A DNA stretch of 64,000 bases from Thermoanaerobaculaceae bacterium (GTDB lineage: Bacteria; Acidobacteriota; Thermoanaerobaculia; Multivoradales; UBA5704). The notes beneath the pieces are model-generated. The model was not told where the DNA came from and made no database searches. It saw only the letters and a list, made by a program, of their open reading frames with translations. A program made the position numbers and the translations under genes. The stretch covers positions 64,065 through 128,064 of the forward strand of contig CAVZUZ010000010.1 in the NCBI GenBank assembly GCA_963778565.1. The letters run 5' to 3'. The first letter of the stretch is position 1; each line of letters starts with the position of its first letter. Positions 10,679 to 20,615 of the stretch are shown in pieces.

Positions 10679-11819
10679 GGCCGGTCCTCGCCTTCACCCA
10701 GGGCGATCCCGCGGGCATCGGGCCCGAAATCCTGCTGAAGCTCCTTCTCGACTCGCCGGAAACGGCGGCCTGGCGGCCGGTGCTGGTGGCCGAGCGCGCG
10801 GCCCTGGAGGCGCTCCGGCCGGTCCTCCCGAGCTTTCCGTGGGACCGCCTGCGGTACCACGCCTCTCCGCCCTCTCGCGAGGAGGTGGCCGGTGGCGGCA
10901 TTCCGGTGCTCGATCCCGTGGGCCGCCGCCGCGCGGTGGCTCTCGGTTCCTCGGGCCCCGCGGACGCCGCCGGCGCCATGGCCGCCCTCGACGCCGGCAT
11001 CGCCCTGGTCCGCTCCGGCGCTGGCCGACGCCCTGGTGACCGCGCCGGTCAGCAAGGAGTCGATCGCCCGCCATCACCTCGCCGGGCTTCAGGGGCCACA
11101 CCGATTACCTGGCCGAGGCCTGCGGGCTGGAGCGCTACGGCCGGGACTACCTGATGGCCTTCCTCGCCCCCGAGCTCCAGGTGGCGCTGCTCACCGTGCA
11201 CCTGCCGCTGCGCGAGGCCCTGGACGGGATCACCGGTCCGACACGATCGCCGAGGCCCTCGATTGCCTCCATCGCCACGCCGGAGGACGGATCGCGCTCG
11301 CCGGCCTGAACCCGCACGCGGGAGAGGGAGGTCTCTTGGGCAGAAGAGGACGGCCGCATGCTGGCACCGGCGGTGGCCGCCGCCCGCGCCCGCGGTCTCG
11401 ACGTCCACGGACCCGAGAGCGCCGACTCGCTCTTCGCCCGCGCCGGCCGCGGAGAGTTCGATTGGGTGATGGCGCTCTACCACGACCAGGGACTGATCGC
11501 GGTCAAGACGGCGTCCTTCGGCCTCGCCACCAACTGGACCCTCGGCCTCCCGTTCCTGCGCACCTCCGTCGACCACGGCACCGCCTTCGCGCTCGCGGGC
11601 CGCGGCGTCGCCGACGCCGGGCCGCTGGCGGCGGTGGTGGAGGCGACGCTGAAATTGATTTCGGGAGAGTTGCCCCGGAAGAGCCCTCGGAGCGGTATGC
11701 CCTCCGAAGCCCTCACTCCCCCAGCCCCTCTCTCCCAAAGGGAGAGGGAGAAAGACGGAGAACCACACATTTCTTCTTCTCCCTCCTCTCCCTCTGGGAG
11801 AGGAGGGTCGGGGAGGTGA
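10675..11819 (+). pseudogene. pdxA: 4-hydroxythreonine-4-phosphate dehydrogenase with about four frameshifts; the 3' end runs into repeat A2
   Basis: PdxA blocks sit in alternating frames: LAFTQGDPAGIGPEI (frame of 10675); ADALVTAPVSKESIA (frame of 10892); GHTDYLAEACG...LLTVHLPLREA; then GLNPHAGEGG...ALYHDQGLIAVK...LRTSVDHGTAFALAG (track 11358..11819). Shifts lie near 11025, 11090, 11240 and 11340. Confidence 0.8.
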
Positions 11820-11833
11820 GGGCTTCGGAGGGT
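11700..11833. repeat. Family-A intergenic palindromic element, short form (copy A2)
   Basis: CCCTCCGAAGCCCTCACTCCCCCAGCCCCTCTCTCCCAAAGGGAGAGGGAG ... CTCCCTCCTCTCCCTCTGGGAGAGGAGGGTCGGGGAGGTGAGGGCTTCGGAGGG. The arms are near-perfect reverse complements. Confidence 0.7.
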
Positions 11834-11859
11834 ATACCCCCCGCAGGGCAACGCGCGGG

Positions 11860-12528
11860 CTACGAGGCCTTCCGCGCCACCGCCAGCAGCGAGTCTCCGA
11901 GGACCGGCGTGTGCACCACGCGGCCGATCACCCGCAGCGGTTTCAGGAACTTCGTCCCCTCTCCCACCGAGCAGAAATTCGACTCGGTCGTCAGGGTCTC
12001 GACCTCCAGGCCCGCCTCCTCCAGCCCCTGCCGCAGCATGCGGGCGGTGAACATGTGGACGTGAGTGGGATCCTGGTACCAGGCCCAGCGCCTGCCGAGG
12101 AGAGGGCGGGCGAGGCTGCGAGCGTTCAGGGTGATGACGACGAGCTTGCCTCCCGGCCGCAGGCACCGGCGGCAGCTCGCGAGAGTGATCGGGTACCGGG
12201 GAAGATGCTCGATCACGTCGAGCAGGGTGACGGCGTCGAAGTGAGCGTCGGGGAAGGGAAAGGGCTCCTCGGCTCCCTGCTGGAGCACCTGCGCCCGGGT
12301 CCGCCGGCGAGCCTGCTCCGCGGCGTGCGCCGACACCTCGATGCCGTACCCCTCGTACCCCGCCCGCTCCGCCGCCTCCAGGAAGAAGCCGAAGCCGGCG
12401 CCAACGTCGAGCACGCGGCCACCCGGGATCCCGCCGGACTTCAGGAGCCCTACGAGATAGTCCAGATACTTGACCTTGCCGGGATGGAGCTGGAAGTACT
12501 CGCGATCGAAGTAGGCCGCGTCCTGCAC
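11860..12528 (-). CDS. Class I SAM-dependent methyltransferase
   Basis: The SAM-binding motif VLDVGAGFGFF is followed by FDAVTLLDVIEHL and LRPGGKLVV. GTG start at 12528. The longer upstream part of track ORF 11860..13293 is Arg/Gln-rich antisense of the neighbouring gene. Confidence 0.8.
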   Translation of the reverse strand: MQDAAYFDREYFQLHPGKVKYLDYLVGLLKSGGIPGGRVLDVGAGFGFFLEAAERAGYEGYGIEVSAHAAEQARRRTRAQVLQQGAEEPFPFPDAHFDAVTLLDVIEHLPRYPITLASCRRCLRPGGKLVVITLNARSLARPLLGRRWAWYQDPTHVHMFTARMLRQGLEEAGLEVETLTTESNFCSVGEGTKFLKPLRVIGRVVHTPVLGDSLLAVARKAS

Positions 12529-12579
12529 GGGCCGGCATGCTAGCACCGGCCTGCGAGCCTGTGTTAAACAATCGCGCCT

Positions 12580-14739
12580 ATGTTTCTGCTCGACCTGTTG
12601 GGCGCCTTCCTGACGCTCGTCACCCTGGTGTTCCTCGCCATGGGCGGATACCTCGCGGCCCTCCGCCTGCTCGGGGTGCAGGAGGCGAGCCGCGATCTCC
12701 TGGCCCTGGCCATCGCGTCCCTTCTCCTGACCACCGCCCAGGCCGTGGGCATCGGCCTGCTGCTGGGCGGCTTCGGCCTGCTGCGGATCGACCTCGCGCT
12801 CGCCCTGCAGGCCGCGCTCACCCTGGCTCTGTTGCTGAGCTTCCGCAGGTCGCCGCCGCCCGGCAGTATGGGCAGTATTGGCGGCATTGGCGGCATCGGC
12901 GGCATTGGCGGCATCGGCGGTCCGGCGGCCGCGATGGTTCGCCGGGGCTGGGCGATCGTCCGCGAGCATCCGGCGATCTCCCTGGTCACCCTGCATGCCG
13001 TGGGGAGCGAGGCGCTCCGCGGCCTGCTGCGCCCGCCTCTCTCCTGGGACAGCCTGATGTACCACCTGCTGCTCGCCGGCACCTGGCTGCGGGACGGGAA
13101 CCTGGCGCCCGTCTTCGGCAACATTCCCGTCAACTACTACGGCTACGTGCCGGCCAACGGCTCCGTCTGGTTCTGGTGGTGGATGGCGCCGTCGCACAGC
13201 GAGCTCTACGTCAACCTGGCGGCGCTGCCCCACTGGCTGCTGCTCGGCCTGGCCGTGGGCGGCGTCGCCCGGCGGCTCGGGGCGCGCCGCCATTGGCCGC
13301 TAGCCTCGTTTCTGGTGCTCGTCACGCCGACGGTGGTCCGGTTCGTGGCCGCCCAGTACGTGGACCTCCTCCTCGGGGCGGTCCTCATGGCCGCGGCCTT
13401 CTTTGCCCTGCGATGGTTGCGGGAGCCGGATTGGCGCGCGGCGGTGCTCGCCGGCGCCGGCCTGGGGCTCGCGGCCGGCACCAAGGTGCTGGGAGTTCCA
13501 TTCGCGATGGTTCTGGCCGCGGCCGTCGTGCCGCTCGCCCGGGGAGGATGGAGCCGCCGCGTGCCCCAGCTCCTCGCAGCGCTCGCGGTGGCGGCCCTGC
13601 TCGGGAGCTTCTTCTACCTGCGCAATATCGCCTTGGGCGCGGACCCGCTGGCCCTCGTCTGCGAGCGGACGGCGAGCGGCCCGCAGAACGCCAACGTGCC
13701 GACGATCCCACGCAAGAATTCGGTCGCGGACCTCCCGGGGATGATGATCAAGAAGGGGCAGCTGCTGGACGCCTTCCTCGGCGTCAACCGTCCCCAGAGC
13801 ATGGAGATGGGGGTGGGTCCGCAGGTTTTCGTCGTGCTGCTTGCGGCGATCGCGCTGCCGTTCGGCCTCGGCCGGGAGCGGTGGCGGGAGAGCCTGCTGG
13901 CCTCGATCCAGATCTGGGCGGAGCTGGCCTTCTGGGTGACCGTCCCCTTCGCCAGGAGCCATCACGTCTTCGCCAACGTCCGGTATCTGATGCCGGCGCT
14001 GGGCTTCGCCTTCGCCGGCGCCGCGGCGCTGGCCGAGCGCCGGGGGGTACGCGACGGCTGGATGAAAGGGATCACCCTCGTCTTCCTGATCCAGGGCCTG
14101 CTGCAGCTCCACGCCGAGATGCCGGGCGAGGCACGGCTGGCGATCGCCTTGATGGACGTGGGCGCGGTGGCCCTCGCTTTCTCGTCCGCCTTGCGTGCTC
14201 TCGTGATCCGGCGGTGGCGCGAGCTGGCGTGGGCGGCGGTCGTGCTGGCCCTTCTCGGAGCCCCCTTCCTCGTCGAGTTTCGCCTCTGGAACCGGGGCAG
14301 ACACCTCTCCCGGGAGTTCACCGTGCACATGACCTCGGCCCGCTTCTTCTCCCGCGGCTGGACGTGGCTGGACGAGAACGCCGGCACGGGCAACGTGGCC
14401 GAGGTTCACGCCCCCAACAATTACTTCATGTATCCGGCCATGGGACCCCGCCTCGAGCGGGACGTCCGCTACGTCAACATCAACGCCGCCGATCTGCGCA
14501 ACGCGATCGAGTATCCGGCGTGCCAGCCGCGGGTCGATCCGTCCCCCAGGGCCTGGGTGAACAACCTCGAGAAGCTGCGCATCCGCTGGCTCCACATGGG
14601 CCGCTATCCGAAGTTCGATTATCCGCTCGAACGGCGGTGGGCGGAGGCCATGCCCGATCTGTTCGTCCTGCGCTACGAGGATGACACGAACGTGGTCTAC
14701 GAGTTCCTGCCTGTGGCGCGGACCGAGGCGGCCCGGTGA
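12580..14739 (+). CDS. Polytopic membrane protein, probably a GT-C fold (ArnT/PMT-like) glycosyltransferase
   Basis: 719 aa with many hydrophobic helices across the first ~520 residues and a soluble C-terminal domain. Assignment is by overall architecture only. Transcribed divergently from the methyltransferase. Confidence 0.55.
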   Translation: MFLLDLLGAFLTLVTLVFLAMGGYLAALRLLGVQEASRDLLALAIASLLLTTAQAVGIGLLLGGFGLLRIDLALALQAALTLALLLSFRRSPPPGSMGSIGGIGGIGGIGGIGGPAAAMVRRGWAIVREHPAISLVTLHAVGSEALRGLLRPPLSWDSLMYHLLLAGTWLRDGNLAPVFGNIPVNYYGYVPANGSVWFWWWMAPSHSELYVNLAALPHWLLLGLAVGGVARRLGARRHWPLASFLVLVTPTVVRFVAAQYVDLLLGAVLMAAAFFALRWLREPDWRAAVLAGAGLGLAAGTKVLGVPFAMVLAAAVVPLARGGWSRRVPQLLAALAVAALLGSFFYLRNIALGADPLALVCERTASGPQNANVPTIPRKNSVADLPGMMIKKGQLLDAFLGVNRPQSMEMGVGPQVFVVLLAAIALPFGLGRERWRESLLASIQIWAELAFWVTVPFARSHHVFANVRYLMPALGFAFAGAAALAERRGVRDGWMKGITLVFLIQGLLQLHAEMPGEARLAIALMDVGAVALAFSSALRALVIRRWRELAWAAVVLALLGAPFLVEFRLWNRGRHLSREFTVHMTSARFFSRGWTWLDENAGTGNVAEVHAPNNYFMYPAMGPRLERDVRYVNINAADLRNAIEYPACQPRVDPSPRAWVNNLEKLRIRWLHMGRYPKFDYPLERRWAEAMPDLFVLRYEDDTNVVYEFLPVARTEAAR
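12862..12921 (+). repeat. In-frame 9-bp tandem repeat (GGCRGYATB), about 6.5 copies, inside the membrane protein gene
   Basis: ggcagtatg ggcagtatt ggcggcatt ggcggcatc ggcggcatt ggcggcatc ggcggt, encoding GSMGSIGGIGGIGGIGGIGG. Confidence 0.8.
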
Positions 14740-14742
14740 TCC

Positions 14743-14943
14743 CTACTGCGCCCTCTCCACCCTCACCTCCGGATCGCCGTAGCGGTCGCGCGCGATCGTG
14801 ACCTGCCAGGGATTGCAGCAGACCTCGCAGTCTTGCACCAGCGTGCCATGGACGTCCGGTTCGATCGAGATCTCGATCCGCTCGCCGCAGTACGGGCACT
14901 GCACCTCGATCGTATCGGCCCAGTAGCCGTCGTGCTCCCTCAC
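14743..14943 (-). CDS. CPXCG-motif cysteine-rich zinc-ribbon protein (paralog 1)
   Basis: 66 aa with QCPYCGE...CEVCCNPW. GTG start. Five aa differences from the copy at 22162..22362. Confidence 0.8.
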   Translation of the reverse strand: MREHDGYWADTIEVQCPYCGERIEISIEPDVHGTLVQDCEVCCNPWQVTIARDRYGDPEVRVERAQ

Positions 14944-15025
14944 GGTTCAATGTCGTCTCCAGATATGAGGCGTCGTCCGCGGGATATGAGCCATATCTGT
15001 AGATGTGGGCCGTCGTACCGGCCAT

Positions 15026-15055
15026 TTGACGCAAGCCTCGCCAGTGCCCTACTAT
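15026..15055 (+). promoter_or_regulatory. Candidate sigma-70 promoter (TTGACG-18 nt-TACTAT) at the left edge of the island
   Basis: TTGACG at 15026-15031 and TACTAT at 15050-15055, with an 18-nt spacer. It faces a ~500-nt stretch with no credible ORF that leads into the SNF2 operon. Confidence 0.3.
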
Positions 15056-15564
15056 GATTCAAGTGCTTACGGGAGAGAAGAATAGACTTTGGCTATTCCC
15101 AACTCCCTCTTTCAGGGGGGCACACCGCTGGAGTCAGAAGGACTCGGCAGAGAAGATCAAGTTCATGTGTGGGCGGACGAGGCGCTGTGCCAGGATCTAC
15201 TCACGTAACCGGCATTGGTGTGACGCCGGGTTAGGTAACCAAACGTTTTTCTGGCGATCGTCGCCGACCTCAAGCGCGCCGGTCTTGCCAAGCCAGGGCG
15301 CGAGGACGATCTCTGCGCCGAGTTGCTCGTTCATTTCCGCGCCCAGATTGCTCACCGGATACAAAGCTTGTCGCCCGTGCGGTCGGGTTCCGCACCCAAC
15401 GGCAGTCGCTGGCGTCGGACCTCGACCCTCCGCGCCGTCGCGCGATCGTTCTTCATCGATCTGGCGCGATCGGCATTCGCTGCGACCTACCGCACGGGTG
15501 TCTGGCCCAGGCGCTTCCGCTCGTTCGTGGGGCGCACGCGCGCCGCGGGATCGCCAAACGCCGC

Positions 15565-15771
15565 TTGGTGGAGTGTAAGGAGCCGAGCGACGCCCTCGCC
15601 CTCCGCCGCCTCGACGTCACCGCCCGGTGGGATGTCGAGGGCGTCGGCTTCGAGGAGGTGACGGCCAAAGTGAACAAACTTCTTGGCGAGGTGGACGACT
15701 TCGCGACCGTGACGACGGAAGAGTTACTCCACGCGGACCACGCGGGAGGGGGCGATACCGATGACGATTGA
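15565..15771 (+). CDS. Small acidic hypothetical protein (68 aa), possible first gene of the SNF2 operon
   Basis: TTG start. Coding-like acidic composition (…EEVTAKVNKLLGEVDDFATVTTEELL…). The 3' end overlaps the next ATG (15761) by 11 nt. No family recognised. Confidence 0.3.
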   Translation: MVECKEPSDALALRRLDVTARWDVEGVGFEEVTAKVNKLLGEVDDFATVTTEELLHADHAGGGDTDDD

Positions 15772-16510
15772 TTGGAACAAAGCGGCAATTGGTCTAAAGC
15801 GCGACGTGCGCGAGCACGGCGGCTTCCTCACGATGCCCAGGGATTCACTCCGCGAGCGGTTCGGAATCGGCCGGCTGGCGGCGAGAAATACCCAGGATCT
15901 AATGACCACGCTCACCGAGCAGGGGATGATCGTCTTGCCGCACCCGTACCACCAGCCGGGCACCTCACTCCGCGTCTACGATGTCGAAACCGACATCGGA
16001 AAGATCGCACTTGCCGTCACCGACCCGGAGGGCGTGACGGAGAGGGCGCTTGTTGACGCCGTGAACCTGCACAAGCGTTCGACCGCCGGGAAGGATCGGC
16101 GATCCGACCATGTGCCATGGCTGACGGCGCTCGAAGTCTTCCTGCAGTTGGTCATCGGGAGGCCGCCCGAGGGCTGGGAGGATCTCGATGACGATCGTGA
16201 GCCTTACCAGCTCGTCGCCGCTCTCGCAGCGACCCTCGAGCTTCCCGCCGGCGCAGCAGACGCGAAGGAGACTGTCCGCATCGCTGGCGCCGTTGGCGCA
16301 TGCCGCCCGCACGGACCGCGGTTGGAGGGAGTGCCGCCGGGTCTCAGCGCCGTGCTCGCGCAGGCCGCGCGAGAGCAGAAAGCCATCTTCGACGAAGTGA
16401 TCCGTCAGGCGGCCAAGCACCTTCTCGGAGGGGCGGAGATCCCGTCACGCGACGTGGAGCTCGGTCGCCTCGGCCTGCGCTATCACCGCGAGGCACAAGG
16501 AGAAATCTGA
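15761..16510 (+). CDS. Hypothetical protein (249 aa), translationally coupled to the SNF2 helicase
   Basis: Balanced, coding-like composition. Its stop TGA overlaps the helicase ATG (ATGA at 16508-16512). No domain recognised by eye. Confidence 0.6.
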   Translation: MTIDWNKAAIGLKRDVREHGGFLTMPRDSLRERFGIGRLAARNTQDLMTTLTEQGMIVLPHPYHQPGTSLRVYDVETDIGKIALAVTDPEGVTERALVDAVNLHKRSTAGKDRRSDHVPWLTALEVFLQLVIGRPPEGWEDLDDDREPYQLVAALAATLELPAGAADAKETVRIAGAVGACRPHGPRLEGVPPGLSAVLAQAAREQKAIFDEVIRQAAKHLLGGAEIPSRDVELGRLGLRYHREAQGEI

Positions 16511-19258
16511 TGACTGCGTTGAAGGAAGGAGTTCGGGTCGAGCACCAGAGCGATGCGTCGCTCGGGGTCGGCGTCGTGCGTTTCGTTGAGGTGATCGCCG
16601 GTGCCCGGAGTGCATTCGTCGCCTGGGGCGGAGCGACTGGCGTCGAGAGGTATACCGAAGCGCAACTTCGCGTCGTCGAGGATTTGGCCGGGCAGCTCGC
16701 GAGCGCAAGTCCAGGCGCCACGGTACCGTTCCAGCTCCGCGTCCTCGGCCGCTGGTTCGAGGCGCGCCACGAGCAGACCGGCGAGATCACGAACCAGCCG
16801 TTCGACATGCTGCCGCACCAAGTCGTCGTCACGAACCGCGTGCTCACGAGCCCGCCCGCCGCGGACGGCGGCCGCCATTGGCTTATCGCCGATGACGTCG
16901 GTCTCGGCAAGACCATTGAGGCCGGCATGATCCTCGAGGTTATGCGCCACCGTGCCGGCGGCGCGCTCCGCTGCTTAGTCGTCGCTCCGGCGGGGCTCGT
17001 GAATCAGTGGCAGGTCGAGCTCGCCGAGCGTTTCGGGCGCCTCTTTGAACGCTTCGAGGGCGCCAACGTCAACAAACTCCAGACTTTCGACCAAATGGTC
17101 GCGTCCATCGACACGTTGAAGATCGAGCGTAACAAGGACGCGGCCGTGGACGCCCACCCTTGGGATCTTGTCGTCTTCGACGAGGCGCACCACCTCACGA
17201 AGTCCGGCGTCAAGATGTACGAGCTTGCAAAGGAGCTGCGGGAGAAGAAAAAGGCAAGGAACACGCTCTTCCTGACCGCGACGCCGCACTCGGGCAACCA
17301 CGATCACTTCTGCAACATGCTCCATCTCCTGCGGCCGGATCTCGTCGCTAAGCCGAGCAAGCACTTGAAGGGTCTCCCGGACTTGCCCCTCGAGAAAATG
17401 ATCATCCGGAACCGGAAGCACCTCGTGACGGACGCGAAGGGAAACAAGATCTTCCAAGGCATTGCGAGTTCGATGATCATCGCGTTTCGACCCACGGAGC
17501 CCGAGGTCGCGTTCGCTGGGGAGGTGAAGCGCTACCTGAGGCACGGCTACGACGAGGCCGGCAAACTCGACAAACAGGGGCAATCGGCGGTGGGTTTCTT
17601 GATGGCGACCTTTGGGAAGCTCGCCTCGTCGTCGCGCGAGGCCCTGAAGTCGGCGCTCCAGCGCCGGGTCGCCGTGCTGCGGGAAACGCAAAGTGAGCTC
17701 GAAGGCGGGAACGACGAAGTACCGGACGAGAACGCGGCGGCCAACGTCGGAGGCGCGACCGCGAAGGGGAAGAAGGGGAGACAGAGCCTGATCCGCGGCG
17801 AAGCGCAGTTCGTCGACAGGCTCCTCGATCGTCTTGAAGCGTTGCCTGGCCCCGATTCCAAGCTCCACGGGTTCGCGAGCGAGCTCGAGAAACTCGTCGA
17901 GAGTGCGCCCAATGTGAAGGTACTCATCTTTACCGAGTACCGTGCGACGCAGGACGTGCTGACGACTACCCTCGCACGGTCGTTCGGCAAGGAGAGCGTG
18001 GACACCATCCACGGGTCGAAGAAGCTCGACGAGCGTAAAGAGGTCGTGCGGCGGTTCAACGAGGAGGACCAGCCCCGCTTCATCGTCTCCACGGCGGCGG
18101 GCGGCGAGGGGCTCAACATGCAGCGGCGGTGTCACACGATCGTGAACTACGATCTACCGTGGAACCCGAACGTGCTCCAGCAGCGGATCGGGCGAGTTTA
18201 CCGCTATGGGCAGACCAAACCCGTGGTCGTGTACAACCTCAAGGTCGAGACCGACAGCGACGCGTACGCCGACAACAAAGTCTACGAATACCTCGAAAGG
18301 AAACTCGGTGACGTGGCGGACGCGCTCGCCAAAGCGACGGGCGAAGGCAGGGAAGACCTCCTCGGCGACGTGCTGGGGCAGGCCGCGGAGCACGGGCTCT
18401 CGCTGGAACAGCTGCACCAACTTGCTATCGAACAGGGCGAAAAGAGGGTCGAGAAAACCATCGACGAGAAGGCGCAGCACCTCAAGGAGATCATGGGGAA
18501 CCCCGAGATGACCGGGATGTTCAAGGGTCTCCCTCGCTTCAACCTGGGCGACTACAACACGGTCCAATCCCGGGTCACGAGCGCTCACCTCGCGTTCTTC
18601 GTCAAGCAATACTGCGAGAACCGGCAACTCAGCTACCGCGACGAAGGGGGGAATCGCTTCTCGTTCAAGCCTTCGCAGATGCTCGTCGAGCTGGCTGACG
18701 AGCGGCAGAAGCGGGATCCATACGCCGTGAGAGAGAGCATATCGACCGAGAAGGTGGGAAATGCGACAGTGGACAGGGAGGTCGCCCAGAAGGGAGCACG
18801 CCTGCTCCGTTTTGGAGACCCCGTGTTCGAAGCGATGGTGCAACACGTACAATACCGCGACTTTTCGGCCGTCGCGTCGCTCGATGTGCCGGCGGGGCAC
18901 CTCGGATGGGCGAGCCCTGGGCAGGGGACGTGGCTGCTGTTCGAGCTTCAGGTAGTGCGCACCGAGGGCAAGAGGTCGCTCGTGCTCCGGCGGGAGGCTC
19001 GCGTCATTCGTCGTCCCCGTCGGAGGCGACGTGGCCAAGTCGAGGCCCGAGCTCGTCGAGCACGTGACCGAGGCCACGCAGGGGCCGCCGCGGGTCGACG
19101 TCGCGGAGGCGCGGCGGGCGTTCGAGATCGGTCGCCAGGCGGCAAACGCGCGGCTCGTCGTGCTGAAGGATGAAGTACGCGCGGAGTATCCTGGCGACGA
19201 GGCAATCGCGCCCGTCCCGGTCTCGGAACTCGCGCTGGCGTGGGTACGCGCGGTGTGA
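16510..19258 (+). CDS. SNF2/RapA-like superfamily-2 helicase with a ~330-aa uncharacterised C-terminal region; one frameshift near 19005
   Basis: Motifs DDVGLGKTIEAG (I), DLVVFDEAHHL (II), LFLTATPHSGN (III), and helicase-C LIFTEYRATQD...STAAGGEGLNMQ...NYDLPWNPNVLQQRIGRVYRYGQ. The tail of track ORF 16300..19173 turns Arg-rich after ...LVLRREARV. The coding-like continuation is track ORF 19031..19258. Confidence 0.85.
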
Positions 19259-19524
19259 GCGCCAATCGGGACTCCTCCAGCGGCGCCGGCCACGCCAGGT
19301 TTTGGTCGATTGGAGAAAATTCGAGCAGGAACGGCGCGCAGCAGGCTCAGCAGGCGAACCTTAGACCCGATCAGCTCAAGCTGCTGAGACGGGCGCGGCG
19401 CTCGCCTCGAACCGGCACTTGGCGGCAGAGCTGCGGCGGGTGATGGGGTGGGGCTCTAAGGCTTTTCTTGCAGGGCGCATTGGAGTAGGGTTATTCCTGA
19501 ACCTGGGACTCGGAGATCGAGCTG

Positions 19525-19833
19525 ATGTCTTCCAAATCCGCCGCAGCCCCCCAGGTAATCGGTCAACTCGCCCTCAAGCTGGCTGAGCTGCCAGAGGAGG
19601 ATCTGCGGCTCGTCGTCACATTCGTGGACCACCTGGGCGAGAAGGGCCGCGTCGATCCTCTATCGTCGCTGTCGGTGGAGGAAATGCGAGAAGAAGCACG
19701 GAGGCGAGCCCATCTTCTTCGCGACGTTCCCCGAGAACAACTCGTAGCACGCTTCATCGAGGTGGGCGAGCAAATCCGGCAGGAAGCGATCTCCAAGGGT
19801 ACCGCTATCGACGGAGACTGGACGGGTGACTGA
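19525..19833 (+). CDS. Putative antitoxin of a degraded PIN-type TA module
   Basis: 102 aa, acidic. Overlaps by 8 nt the start of a PIN-like N-terminal remnant. No family recognised; assignment is by context. Confidence 0.45.
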   Translation: MSSKSAAAPQVIGQLALKLAELPEEDLRLVVTFVDHLGEKGRVDPLSSLSVEEMREEARRRAHLLRDVPREQLVARFIEVGEQIRQEAISKGTAIDGDWTGD

Positions 19834-19939
19834 GCGGCTGCGAGCCGTTCTCGACACCAACGTCTTCGCCTTTCTCAGCCGCAATCCCACCAGCCCTACG
19901 CGAGAGATTATCCGGCGTTGGCAGACCGGGAACTTGCTA
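19826..19939 (+). pseudogene. N-terminal remnant (~38 aa) of a PIN-domain toxin
   Basis: MTERLRAVLDTNVFAFLSRNPTSPTREIIRRW matches the start of PIN toxins (VLDTNV...). Similarity stops where the opposite-strand mazF-like gene ends (19937). Confidence 0.4.
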
Positions 19940-20284
19940 GCCGGGTCTGGCCGAGTTCAGATAGCGGCTGAGCGTCTCCAGCAGGCGCCTGTGACGTTCC
20001 CGAGAAATCGAGCCGATTGCACCGGCAATGCTTCTTCGCGGCAGCACTGTCAGAAACCCGAGTCGGATCAGAGATTCCGCCACGAGTCCGCTCGCAGAAA
20101 AGTCCCTGTCGGAGAGGGAGATCACCTCGTCGAAGCCCTGGACGCGGTGATGGATTTGCGTACTGATTCCGCAAACGAGCAAATCCCGGTAAGGAGGCAT
20201 CTCCCGCAGGACGATCACGGGGCGGGTCTTCGTTTGCTCGTCGACCTGTTGAACGGCTGCGAGGACGACGTCACCTTCCCTCAT
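19937..20284 (-). CDS. PemK/MazF-family type II toxin
   Basis: MREGDVVLAAV....TKTRPVIVL...DLLVCGISTQ... shows the typical MazF/PemK N-terminal SH3-like pattern. Overlaps the upstream antitoxin-like ORF. Confidence 0.7.
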   Translation of the reverse strand: MREGDVVLAAVQQVDEQTKTRPVIVLREMPPYRDLLVCGISTQIHHRVQGFDEVISLSDRDFSASGLVAESLIRLGFLTVLPRRSIAGAIGSISRERHRRLLETLSRYLNSARPG

Positions 20285-20561
20285 ATTCGGGGTTCGGCCG
20301 CTTGATCAGGTCGAGCGAGTACTCGGGCTCATCCTCACCAAAGGCGCCTGCCAGACTCTTCATTGACAGTTTGGCCCATTCGTCCCGCTCCGGATCTTCC
20401 TCCGGCCACACAGTTACCGTGAGCGATGTGCCCGGCTTCAAGTTGAACGGCTCGTCCAGCCGAATCTGCTCCCCGTCGAAATAAGCTCTCAGCGTGACCG
20501 CCTTTTCTGTAGCGGCCGATACCGAACTTTCCCGCCGTCTGCGTTCGCTCATCTGTAACAT
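20271..20561 (-). CDS. Putative antitoxin for the MazF-like toxin
   Basis: 96 aa. Overlaps the toxin start by 14 nt. YFDGEQIRLDEPFNLKPGTSLTVTVW resembles the small beta-rich antitoxin family often paired with such toxins. Confidence 0.5.
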   Translation of the reverse strand: MLQMSERRRRESSVSAATEKAVTLRAYFDGEQIRLDEPFNLKPGTSLTVTVWPEEDPERDEWAKLSMKSLAGAFGEDEPEYSLDLIKRPNPEYEGR

Positions 20562-20615
20562 GGTAGCACCAATCTCCGGGCTTGCTCAGGTCGCCTCTCG
20601 GGCCGAAACATGAAC

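Noticed and set aside
12537-14684. 715-aa plus-strand ORF overlapping the membrane protein gene in another frame
   Set aside because: Its Arg/Pro/Gly-rich nonsense composition contrasts with the 12580..14739 frame, which gives clean transmembrane helices.
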